64,000 nucleotides of DNA, taken from NCBI GenBank assembly GCA_964572155.1, contig CAZNDZ010000001.1, forward strand, positions 79,300 through 143,299. Reading direction: 5' to 3'. The position numbers and the translations under genes were made by a program. Origin of the DNA: an uncultured Planctomycetales bacterium. GTDB taxonomy: Bacteria > Omnitrophota > Gorgyraeia > Zapsychrales > Fredricksoniimonadaceae. Position 1 is the stretch's first letter, and each line of letters opens with the position of its first letter. The notes under the pieces were generated by a model. The model saw nothing but the letters and a program-made list of their open reading frames with translations. It had not been told where the DNA came from and searched no databases. Below, piece by piece: positions 51,285-60,262 of this stretch.

Positions 51285-51811
51285 TTTCGACCAATCATTT
51301 TTATAAGAAAGCCCGTGATAATATCAAAAACAAAAAAGACATTGGTGGCTGTTCCCACACGGTACACGCCATTTTCTTCAACCATATAATTAGAGCCGGT
51401 CAATCGTCGTACACGAATACGGGCAATGATCTGTGCATTATAACAACGGTCTAATTCTGCCTGCGTCAACCCATGCGGCGATGCTTTAAAAATTTCTCGA
51501 ACCAACCGCATGCGCACCGAGGTTTCATATGGCCCAAATATGCACAGCACATAAACGAAACATAACACGCCCTGCAATAATGTTGAAAAAGCCGCAATGC
51601 AAACCCACACCATGAGCGGCAAAGTACTTACCTTCAACAAAAACAATGCCGTAGTTATTATAAGCGGAAAAATCATGGTCATCGCACAGGTGCGCCACAA
51701 TGATTTTAATAAATCATCCGCGCTCATGCGCCTGCAGGCCATCATGTGAATCCCTAAGAACAATCCAAAAGACGTCGCGGCAACCAAAATTGTCAGAACA
51801 TCCATCACCAT
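51281..51811 (-). CDS. membrane protein with C-terminal soluble (winged-helix-like?) domain; paralog of 51813..52328
   Basis: About 4 TM then SVRMRLVREIFKASPHGLTQAEL...GVYRVGTATN; ORF extends to 51853 but M15 avoids the overlap. Confidence 0.35.
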   Translation of the reverse strand: MVMDVLTILVAATSFGLFLGIHMMACRRMSADDLLKSLWRTCAMTMIFPLIITTALFLLKVSTLPLMVWVCIAAFSTLLQGVLCFVYVLCIFGPYETSVRMRLVREIFKASPHGLTQAELDRCYNAQIIARIRVRRLTGSNYMVEENGVYRVGTATNVFFVFDIITGFLIKMIGRK

Positions 51812-51812
51812 A

Positions 51813-52328
51813 TCACCCGCCCGCTTCCCGACCAAGCAAAACTTGCATGCCATTTAAAATCATGGCAATGCTTTTTCCAGATGCTGTTAACATGTAGCGG
51901 CCATCTTTTTGAACCACGCACCCGCTTTGTTGCAATTCACCCATGCGCGTCCCAATGAAATTCTCTGCTTCAATGCCACGAACCGCATCATCAAATGTCA
52001 ACGTACTTTGCTTTTGTAGCAATAATAAGATTTTCTTAGATGGGCTCATCAGCTGCGTTAACACATAGAAGGTCAAATACGTTGGGATACCAAGGATATA
52101 AACAAACCCCGACGTAAAAATAAAGGGCAGCCCCCAAAATGTTTCAGGATTGATCCATCCACCGTGAGAAATCACAAGAGAACCTACAACATAAACACCA
52201 AAGAACGCACCGGCCATGAAGATAAATACTTTTGATTGAAGCCCTGCCGTAACGGTTTGGCGACAAAATATGATATGAAATGTCACGGCAAGTAAGAAAC
52301 ACAACAACGCAAAAACAAAATAAAACAT
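51813..52328 (-). CDS. membrane protein with C-terminal soluble domain; paralog of 51281..51811
   Basis: 171 aa; about 4 TM then SPSKKILLLLQKQSTLTFDDAV...GRYMLTASGKS. Confidence 0.35.
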   Translation of the reverse strand: MFYFVFALLCFLLAVTFHIIFCRQTVTAGLQSKVFIFMAGAFFGVYVVGSLVISHGGWINPETFWGLPFIFTSGFVYILGIPTYLTFYVLTQLMSPSKKILLLLQKQSTLTFDDAVRGIEAENFIGTRMGELQQSGCVVQKDGRYMLTASGKSIAMILNGMQVLLGREAGG

Positions 52329-52332
52329 AAAA

Positions 52333-53010
52333 TTATTTCAACCCCACGCCAAGACCCCAAATATAGTGACACATGGGCGCATACCCCGTATGGACCACCT
52401 CATCGTTCATCCCAAACATGAATACATTCTTAAAATATTTTTCCATTTGGCGGCGCAATGTGCTGTGGCTCTTTAAATTAATGTGTTGCACCTTGCTGCG
52501 ATGGCAGGCAAACTTGTTAGCGGTAATATTCGGCGTCCCAATCAAACACACCCCATCTTGATCAAGCAGGGCGCATTGATTTTCCATAAAATTTTTATTC
52601 AAGGGCTTGTCTAAATGTTCGATAACATCGACGGAATAGATTGCATCAAACTTTCCCTTAGGAGGGTTGGAACAAATGTCACCATGTTCAAAGGTCAAAT
52701 TCTTAATGCGGTCCAAACGCTCGCGATTGCTCTTTATAACGCGGATTTCTGGGTCAATGCCAAGCAATTTACCAACCGCTTGAGCTACAATCGGCGCACC
52801 AAAGGCATCACCACAACCAACTTCAAGCACATTTTTCCTGCCTTCAAACATTTTGGCAACAAACTTATACCGCGACAACACAAATGCCATATGTTTGGGG
52901 TCATCTAACAAACTATATGTAGTCCAAGGCCCAAGTGTGACGCCTTTAATAAACTGATATTCAATGCCTTCCTTATATGCTTGCTTTTGAGTCAATTTCC
53001 GACGTGCCAT
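52333..53010 (-). CDS. class I SAM-dependent methyltransferase
   Basis: 225 aa; VLEVGCGDAFGAPI motif I, DAIYSVDVIEHL. Confidence 0.65.
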   Translation of the reverse strand: MARRKLTQKQAYKEGIEYQFIKGVTLGPWTTYSLLDDPKHMAFVLSRYKFVAKMFEGRKNVLEVGCGDAFGAPIVAQAVGKLLGIDPEIRVIKSNRERLDRIKNLTFEHGDICSNPPKGKFDAIYSVDVIEHLDKPLNKNFMENQCALLDQDGVCLIGTPNITANKFACHRSKVQHINLKSHSTLRRQMEKYFKNVFMFGMNDEVVHTGYAPMCHYIWGLGVGLK

Positions 53011-53068
53011 ATTACCCTTTCTTGGTTGGTGATCTAATAAAGATATAATAAAGGACGGTGTGGTTAAA

Positions 53069-54931
53069 TCAAGGATTTTTGCGCTTTAAAGCAATCAGAT
53101 ACTTACCCTCTGCAACAGGCTCATAGTGCTGATGAAAGTATGATATTAGGATCATAAGCGTCTGAAAATGCTCATAATAGGGCGCGGGCAATCCGGAATA
53201 AAGTTTTTTCTCAACAAAGGCATACTCTAAGCGGGTTTGGTCTAATTCAGCCAACGTATGCTGCATCCGCTCCTTGGTCCAAAGCACGCTACCTCTAAAT
53301 TGCAGCACATCTAATTGATCGGTATAAATCACAGCAAAGAAGTAAAAGAAAGGCTTACGCTTAGCCTCCATTAGGATCTTAACTTCGCGACCTGAAACCA
53401 AAATCACCCGTTCTTCTGGTTTGGTCAGCTGTTGAATCAAGGCAATGTCTTGGGATATGTCAGGTTCTGCAGGCACCACATTGTTCTTTTTAGCAGCAAA
53501 ATTCCAAATGCCTGGGTAATCCCGCACCAAAGGATTTAAAACCAAGAGCAGACAAACACCAACCGCAACACTGGCCCACGCGATGCGTGACATTAACACA
53601 GATAGTCGCCCTATACCCAACGCGATCACATAGATGATAATGGCAACCAAAGGCAAACAAACCGCAGCATAGCTCGTCGGCGCTGAACGCACCACATAAT
53701 AGTGATACAACCCTAAACCATACACCGATAACACGCAAATAAAAATATGTTCCCAATCCAATTTCTTTAAGAAGCATGAAGTCGCAAAAAATATTAGCGC
53801 AAGCACATAAAGGATTGGTACGGCTAAGCTAAGAGCAAATGCAATATATTGATGCGCGTCTAAGGAATAAGTCATGGGCAAGGCGCCAAAACCTGATAAA
53901 AATAATCCTGCAAATTCAAAGGTGTTATACCAAAACGCCTTTTGAAAAATCGCTGGGCCTTGGATGATCCACAGGATCAAAAAAGCTACTAGAAATGGCA
54001 ACGCTAATACAGCCGCCATCAAACCAGACGCATTCAACCACTGTTTGCGTTGTTGATATACATAAAACACCCCATATGTTGCGAGTGATAACCACAAATA
54101 AACACCTGCATCCAACGTCCAAACCAAGGCAAGCCCAACGCCCACGGACGCCAACCACAGATAAATGCTCTTGCCTGTTCGTAAATGCGCTAATAGCGCA
54201 AGTAAAATGGGAATGTCCCACCAAAATCGAATAACGGTGGCACTAGGAAATTGCCAGACGAGCGGAAAAACACCTGGATGAAACATTTGAACACTGATGC
54301 CTGCAAAAACGCCGATCAAAGCCGCGATGCGTAAATGCATCCAAATACGTAAGAACAGATAAAACATGCAAAAATAAATAGCCCCCAAGGACATTTCAAA
54401 TGACAGGATGCCAAGATAATTAAAATGCTTGAGCGCATTTAATATATTGGCTGCAATGACAGGAATTAAAATGCTGTATTCGCTAATCTGATCAACATTG
54501 AGTTTTAAACCACCAATGACAGCCAAGCCTGGGGATGTGAAAAAACTATCGACGTGAAAACACCTATCCGTGATGCGCGCAAATACCGCTTGAGATGATG
54601 GGACAAAAATAAAAAAGAAGACAATAAAACACACAACCGCATCAATGACATTAAAACGAATATCTTTTTTAGGCGAAGCTTGATTAACCCCGTGTGAAAA
54701 ATGGGGTTTAAATATAAAAAACCCTATCACTTGAGCAATGATGCCTGCGACAACAAAAATGCGGAAGAATAAAACCTCACGTTCAGGCTTAAAATCACTG
54801 AGCCATTCCCCAAAAACACCGACGGATAAATCTAAAGCAATGGGATGAAAACTAAAATACCAAATCGCAAGCCCCGTGACAAGGGACGCCACCGTGACGC
54901 TACATAACGACAACAGGATGATTGGAAGCAT
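53069..54931 (-). CDS. family-A large polytopic membrane protein (copy A6)
   Basis: 620 aa; FKPEREVLFFR, DRCFHVDSFF...QISEYS, MFHPGVFPLVWQFPSAT, YPGIWNFAAKKNNVVP, VILVSGREVKILMEAKRKPFFYFFA, YAFVEKKL, YEPVAEGKYLIALKRK. Confidence 0.7.
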   Translation of the reverse strand: MLPIILLSLCSVTVASLVTGLAIWYFSFHPIALDLSVGVFGEWLSDFKPEREVLFFRIFVVAGIIAQVIGFFIFKPHFSHGVNQASPKKDIRFNVIDAVVCFIVFFFIFVPSSQAVFARITDRCFHVDSFFTSPGLAVIGGLKLNVDQISEYSILIPVIAANILNALKHFNYLGILSFEMSLGAIYFCMFYLFLRIWMHLRIAALIGVFAGISVQMFHPGVFPLVWQFPSATVIRFWWDIPILLALLAHLRTGKSIYLWLASVGVGLALVWTLDAGVYLWLSLATYGVFYVYQQRKQWLNASGLMAAVLALPFLVAFLILWIIQGPAIFQKAFWYNTFEFAGLFLSGFGALPMTYSLDAHQYIAFALSLAVPILYVLALIFFATSCFLKKLDWEHIFICVLSVYGLGLYHYYVVRSAPTSYAAVCLPLVAIIIYVIALGIGRLSVLMSRIAWASVAVGVCLLLVLNPLVRDYPGIWNFAAKKNNVVPAEPDISQDIALIQQLTKPEERVILVSGREVKILMEAKRKPFFYFFAVIYTDQLDVLQFRGSVLWTKERMQHTLAELDQTRLEYAFVEKKLYSGLPAPYYEHFQTLMILISYFHQHYEPVAEGKYLIALKRKNP

Positions 54932-55710
54932 TAATATAATCCGAAGAAATGTTTGCTTTGACTGCCATCAATACCAACATTATCACCGAAGAAATACCCC
55001 GCCTTCTGTGAACACAGGAAAGCAACAACACTGCTAACCTCGTCGGGAGTTCCAAAACGACCGAGCGGCAGGCGCTCATCAATATAACGTTTCACATGAT
55101 CGGGTTTGGCCAACAATGTCCGATCCCAATAACTACCTTTGGCAATGATCGCGCCTGGCATGATGGCGGAAACAACAATGCCATCCGTCGCTAATTCACG
55201 GCCAATCTGCGCGGAATATTCTGCCAAGGCGGCTTTTGGTACACAATACGTTACAGGCCCACTATTTTCCATCGCTGCGGTTGATGCAATATGCACAATA
55301 CGCCCCCACCCCTGATGTTTCATATAAGGGACGCACAATTCATTAAACTCAACCGCAATTTCAAAGTTAATGCGAAATGCCCGACGCCAGTCTTTGATGG
55401 AACAATAATGATCCGTGATCCCTAAGGTGTCGCCGATATTGTTAACAATGATATCTGGATTACCAAATTTTTTTATGGCAGCTTTGATGGCTTTGGCGGG
55501 TCCGCCTTTTTTAGTTAAGTCACAGGCAATGGACGCATGCCCCTTATCGGCGCCGCCCATTTCTTTAAACACCTCTTGGATGCTCACCAACGACCTGCCA
55601 ATGACCAAGACATGCGCATTTTCTTGGGCCATACGCAAGGCAATGGCACGACCTATGCCTCTTGTTCCGCCGGTGACTAAAACTTTTTTATTGGCTAACC
55701 CTAAGTCCAT
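54931..55710 (-). CDS. SDR-family oxidoreductase (start chosen at MDLGLANKKVLVTGG)
   Basis: VLVTGGTRGIGRAIA, catalytic Y..K; ORF extends to 55791 but would overlap the upstream SDR. Confidence 0.7.
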   Translation of the reverse strand: MDLGLANKKVLVTGGTRGIGRAIALRMAQENAHVLVIGRSLVSIQEVFKEMGGADKGHASIACDLTKKGGPAKAIKAAIKKFGNPDIIVNNIGDTLGITDHYCSIKDWRRAFRINFEIAVEFNELCVPYMKHQGWGRIVHIASTAAMENSGPVTYCVPKAALAEYSAQIGRELATDGIVVSAIMPGAIIAKGSYWDRTLLAKPDHVKRYIDERLPLGRFGTPDEVSSVVAFLCSQKAGYFFGDNVGIDGSQSKHFFGLY

Positions 55711-55721
55711 GATGAAAAATA

Positions 55722-56513
55722 TCAGGATCTTTCTACGTTGTAATAATGACGCGCTTGACCGCCGTCGATAGGAATAATGGCGCCTTGGCAATACGTTGCT
55801 AAACTAGAGCACAGCATGGCAACCATGGGGCTTATTTCCTCTGGTTTTCCAAAACGACCCGAAGGTGAATTTTGTCGGAGAAATTCTTTGGCATCATTAG
55901 GCTTGGTTTTAGACACCTTTTGCCAATAACCATCCTCCATGAGCATGGCCCCTGGCAAAACAGCCGACATAACGACATTACTCGCCTCAATCGCCAAAAT
56001 TCTTCCCATGCATCGTGTGTATGCCGTTAAGGCCGCCTTGCTTGCGCAATACGATACCGTCGCTGAATGTTCCATCGATGCACCGGAAGAAAGATTGATG
56101 ATGCGCCCCCAATTGCGTTGTTTCATCTGTGGGATAAATAAATTATTGATCTCAATGGCAATTTCTAAGTTATTGCGAAATATCTTTCGCCATCCATCAA
56201 TCGTTGTATGTAATTTTCCTGTATATGCATAGGTGTCTAGGCAATTGACGATGATATCAACATGCCCAAATGATTTCTTAACATTGTTAAAGAGCTTCTT
56301 GGCATTGCCCTCACGCACCAAATCAATAGCGAATGCTGCATGACCCAATTTACTACCGCCTAAGGCATGTAGGATGCGATTCATTTTAGGAGCATCATCA
56401 GAAACTACTGCAACGATAACACCTTCGTGGGCTAATTCAAGGGCAATGGCTTTGGCTAAACCATGATGCGCACCGACGATCAATGCTCTTTTTTGCTGAA
56501 TATCTAAATTCAT
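55722..56513 (-). CDS. SDR-family oxidoreductase
   Basis: 263 aa; ALIVGAHHGLAKAIA, YCASK catalytic motif. Confidence 0.7.
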   Translation of the reverse strand: MNLDIQQKRALIVGAHHGLAKAIALELAHEGVIVAVVSDDAPKMNRILHALGGSKLGHAAFAIDLVREGNAKKLFNNVKKSFGHVDIIVNCLDTYAYTGKLHTTIDGWRKIFRNNLEIAIEINNLFIPQMKQRNWGRIINLSSGASMEHSATVSYCASKAALTAYTRCMGRILAIEASNVVMSAVLPGAMLMEDGYWQKVSKTKPNDAKEFLRQNSPSGRFGKPEEISPMVAMLCSSLATYCQGAIIPIDGGQARHYYNVERS

Positions 56514-57380
56514 CTACGCCTTTCTGCCTTGCAAATGTGTCCATTTCTCTTTTGGGACACAAAAAATATTTGTGGTGATCTTTTGATTCTTATAAACATC
56601 TAACTCTTTACTTTTATCAAATGGATAAAACGTATCCGTCGCATGTTCATAGGTCAAAAAGCAATAGTCCAACTTTTCAAAATAATCCGTCAAGCGTTCC
56701 ATCAGGTTAGGATTGTGTTCTATCAAGATTGCAGGACGGGAAGATTTTATTGTTTTAACCAACCCTAAAAGTACTTCATCATCAAAACCTTCCGTATCAA
56801 TCTTAATGATATCTGGCTTTAAATTCAACTCATCAATCGGCAAAATATCAACCTTGTACTCCACAATCACAATGCTTTTATCTTTATCGTCGGGTAAATG
56901 CTGTTCGATCATCGTGGTTTGAACATAATCTTTGCGCAATGACGCGGCGGTATAGATGGGCACGCTGTTATAGATTGGTATATAGAGCGTCATCTGAGAT
57001 CTTTCACGTCCAGCGCCAATCAACTTATAGTCAAAACGCGGCAATCGCTTCTTTAACTTGCGTAGCGAACGCTCATGACACAAGTTTGGCTCAAGGGACA
57101 AAATGCGGTAATCGCTATGAATATGACGAAAACCAATGGCCGATATCCCATCATTCGCGCCAATATCCAAAAACAACCCATCCCCGGGATGCACCAAATG
57201 CATAAAGCCATAATAACTTTTATCATGAGGCAATAAGAACGGGATGTACTGAAAAAGGCGACGGCCAATAAAACCCGTATAAGGGTTATAGCGCAACAAA
57301 CGCGGGATCGCTGAATTGATCCGCCATAGGCGGATGATTTGTCGACGAAACTGACGGAACAATATTCTTAAACGGATCAT
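56514..57380 (-). CDS. FkbM-family methyltransferase
   Basis: LFLDIGANDGISAIGF (Methyltransf_21 motif); start MIRLRILF forms an ATGA overlap with the upstream gene stop; ORF extends to 57455. Confidence 0.6.
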   Translation of the reverse strand: MIRLRILFRQFRRQIIRLWRINSAIPRLLRYNPYTGFIGRRLFQYIPFLLPHDKSYYGFMHLVHPGDGLFLDIGANDGISAIGFRHIHSDYRILSLEPNLCHERSLRKLKKRLPRFDYKLIGAGRERSQMTLYIPIYNSVPIYTAASLRKDYVQTTMIEQHLPDDKDKSIVIVEYKVDILPIDELNLKPDIIKIDTEGFDDEVLLGLVKTIKSSRPAILIEHNPNLMERLTDYFEKLDYCFLTYEHATDTFYPFDKSKELDVYKNQKITTNIFCVPKEKWTHLQGRKA

Positions 57381-59062
57381 GTTTTTCCTATAAGTTCTCG
57401 GATCGTTAGAGCATCTGGATAAGGGTAAAGTTTTTGTAAATCCCACGTATAACAATATTCTTTGATCTTGTCTAAACCAGAACGTTCAAGGAATTCTAAA
57501 CACGGCTGATTTTTTTCTGTCTTCACATAATCCGCAACCAACAACCTCGATGTGGATTTTGCCAACACCACGGCTTTGGCCATCATAGCATCTTCTACAA
57601 AACGACCAAATACGCGGCAACTTAAAATAAAATCTTCAAGATACGCCGTATCAGGCCCAACGGATAAACCAATCATACCTGTCAATCCAGAATCACCTAA
57701 ATCATCTGACACCCGAAAAACAAACACATGACGGCCGGACATATTTGCCCACTGCCAATATTCTTGTTCTGTCATCCGTCGGGTTTTTAAATTCATCTGA
57801 TTGGTCTTATTGAGTAGTTGCACAGCCCTTGATAAATTCGACGAATCTAATGGCTCAATCGTTAAAACCATATGCAATGAAGTCAACCAATCTTTGACAG
57901 ACATGGCAGGTTGTTTTAAATCTTGACGTTTTTGTTCAGCCACATACATATCCGTGCGTTGCTTATCTTCCGTTGTTACAGCGACCATATCAAAATATGG
58001 CATGGCAGCTAAGGTTTGAGCATACAAATAATGTTCTGTTGGCCACGTCGGGACAGTGATATCAGCAATCGATGTTTTAATCCGATCTCGCTCAGCGGGA
58101 TGATCATCAATATAAACAGCCGCTGACGCAGGCAAATTTAATTCATTTAGAATATCAACGATGTTTTGGGCTTTATCCGACCAGTTAATGCGCCAAGCCG
58201 CAAAATCTTCTTTTCTTAGAATCATTTCTGGATGCGTGGTAATGGCATCCAATGCCGTGCTTTCATCGTTCTTACTAACAATGGCCAAAACAATGCCGCG
58301 TTGTCTTAAGATTTTAAGCTGACGTTGAAAATCAACAAAGGCTTCACCCGTTGCGTCATGCCCTCCAAGTTTAATATTGTTTTTGCCAAGATCGCCGAGC
58401 TCTCCACCCCAAAGCGTATTATCTAAATCAAGGATGATCAATTTTTTGGTTTGTCCGTAAAAAACGCCCAGTGTTTGTTTAATATCAATCGCCGCTGTTT
58501 TTAACACTTCCATGTCATATGGCAATTTGCTCACGTACCATAATTTTGGATTTACCGCTTTAGGACCTATGGCATGCAACCAATGATTAGGGTCTTTAAA
58601 GATCACATTTGGTGTATGTGTCAACGCATCAATCAACAACCCATTGGCCCTATGTAACCAGCGACGGACACCGTTTTGACTATAGTCCAACGGGCCTGTC
58701 CCACGATAATGATGTGGCAAGGCAAATAAACAAACAATCACATGTTTGACGCTTGCGGCCTTTTCTCTAATGTGACTCGCCAACGTTAGAACTTCTTGTT
58801 CGATCGACGACGGATTAACATCTTGAAAATTCATGAGCTTGGCTAAGGATGGCAAAATGCTCCACGGTTGGCACCATATCACCGCAAAATCTGAAGCATC
58901 ATCCCATGCAGGATGTTTTGGATTTGATAATGTTTGATATACCTGCCCAAATGGTAATGTTTTAATGGAACATGCAGGAGCCATGGCGAGGTTGTTCAAA
59001 TATCCAACCATGACATCACAATTAAAATCCGAAATGATTACACCTTTTAAACGCTCTTGCAT
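57377..59062 (-). CDS. FkbH-like / HAD-superfamily subfamily IIIC domain protein
   Basis: 561 aa; LIILDLDNTLWGGELGD HAD motif I, VSKNDE motif; N-terminal region as in FkbH-type proteins. Confidence 0.65.
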   Translation of the reverse strand: MQERLKGVIISDFNCDVMVGYLNNLAMAPACSIKTLPFGQVYQTLSNPKHPAWDDASDFAVIWCQPWSILPSLAKLMNFQDVNPSSIEQEVLTLASHIREKAASVKHVIVCLFALPHHYRGTGPLDYSQNGVRRWLHRANGLLIDALTHTPNVIFKDPNHWLHAIGPKAVNPKLWYVSKLPYDMEVLKTAAIDIKQTLGVFYGQTKKLIILDLDNTLWGGELGDLGKNNIKLGGHDATGEAFVDFQRQLKILRQRGIVLAIVSKNDESTALDAITTHPEMILRKEDFAAWRINWSDKAQNIVDILNELNLPASAAVYIDDHPAERDRIKTSIADITVPTWPTEHYLYAQTLAAMPYFDMVAVTTEDKQRTDMYVAEQKRQDLKQPAMSVKDWLTSLHMVLTIEPLDSSNLSRAVQLLNKTNQMNLKTRRMTEQEYWQWANMSGRHVFVFRVSDDLGDSGLTGMIGLSVGPDTAYLEDFILSCRVFGRFVEDAMMAKAVVLAKSTSRLLVADYVKTEKNQPCLEFLERSGLDKIKEYCYTWDLQKLYPYPDALTIRELIGKT

Positions 59063-60237
59063 TATTTATGCTCGACTTGACCCCAAAGGGCTTTAAACAT
59101 CCTATTAATTGGCTCTGGTCGCAGATGGCCAAAATCCACAAAATCTCTATCACTTAAACCCACATCTGTTGGGTTATATGACCCAAAAACTTTAATGCCC
59201 TTATCTTTAGCAAAATTACGCATCCATTGTTCTGAAATCTTAACCATTGGATATTGATCCGTTTGATACATGCGCTCAAAACTTGCCGTATAATACGGAG
59301 GAATATAAAAATATATTTCAACGCCTTTTTTCTGCAAAACGTCGATCATCTTAACAAAAAATGTTTGTAACATAGGATCAATGGCATAAAAATCTTCCAC
59401 ATTAGACATTCTACCATCGATGGCGCGCTTTTTCTCTGTCTCATCAACCTCTGCTATCGTCTTACCAAAAGCTTCGGGGATCACAATGCCAGAACCATCA
59501 GGACTTAAAAGCATGCCAAAGCCTTCTTTAACGCTATTATAATTCCATGTCAGCTTTGGTTCTTTTAATACTTCATATTCATTATAATCCCAAGGTGCTT
59601 GGCCCTTTCTCCATATAGAGAAGTTATACGTTGCAATCTCTGGATTAAATAGATTTGACGCACGCTCCCAAGGTATGTCTTTTAATACATCCTTGATTTT
59701 ATCGGTGAATGTCAGCGGCTTGCCTTCAAAAACGGAATTGATCATGTAATCATGATAAAATGCCAACTTCTGCCATTCATTGCGCGTTGAATCATCTGGC
59801 GCAACATTTAATAACCAAGGTTCTATGGTAAAAATCATACGTTTTGGAAAGCTAAGCTTATGGTACGCATAAACACCCACTAAACCTAAATAATCATGAA
59901 CGGAAGCGCCTCCAACCCATAGGTTTAGAAATGTTCCTTGTTCTTTGAAAACGTCTTTATTGAGATTTAAAATGCGGCTACTGCCTAAAATCACGGTATC
60001 GGCCACGGGATTGGCCTTGATCATGGCTTGTTTAAGATATCGATCCGCCCAATGTTGGGGACCTAAAATATACTCGCCTTTTTGCAAATGCCAGACAAAT
60101 TGGTCATAAATGCCTTTGGGTACAAACACATTAGCATAGTCAAAGCGTAAATTGAACCATGCCAGACTGCCCATGATGACAAAAAAAGACACAATGAGGC
60201 TGACCCCAAGAATCTTAATAGATCGTTTTTCAACCAT
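59062..60237 (-). CDS. DltD-like membrane-anchored SGNH-type protein (MBOAT partner)
   Basis: 391 aa; N-terminal TM anchor; VILGSSRI (DltD-like Ser motif) and C-terminal DFVDFGHL (D-x-x-H). Confidence 0.5.
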   Translation of the reverse strand: MVEKRSIKILGVSLIVSFFVIMGSLAWFNLRFDYANVFVPKGIYDQFVWHLQKGEYILGPQHWADRYLKQAMIKANPVADTVILGSSRILNLNKDVFKEQGTFLNLWVGGASVHDYLGLVGVYAYHKLSFPKRMIFTIEPWLLNVAPDDSTRNEWQKLAFYHDYMINSVFEGKPLTFTDKIKDVLKDIPWERASNLFNPEIATYNFSIWRKGQAPWDYNEYEVLKEPKLTWNYNSVKEGFGMLLSPDGSGIVIPEAFGKTIAEVDETEKKRAIDGRMSNVEDFYAIDPMLQTFFVKMIDVLQKKGVEIYFYIPPYYTASFERMYQTDQYPMVKISEQWMRNFAKDKGIKVFGSYNPTDVGLSDRDFVDFGHLRPEPINRMFKALWGQVEHK

Positions 60238-60262
60238 ATAATTTTTTGATATACTATATCAC

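Noticed and set aside
53490-54234. Cys-rich antisense ORFs inside family-A gene A6
   Set aside because: Composition artefact of reading a hydrophobic membrane-protein gene in other frames.
22533-54931. Repeated long segments considered as IS/transposon or tandem DNA repeats
   Set aside because: Similarity is at the protein-motif level between diverged paralogous genes. No inverted terminal repeats, transposase genes or near-identical nucleotide repeats were seen.
60238-60262. 25-bp divergent spacer between the DltD-like and MBOAT genes as a discrete regulatory element
   Set aside because: It is too short to define promoter elements confidently. It is noted only as unusually compact, and promoters probably extend into the coding regions.
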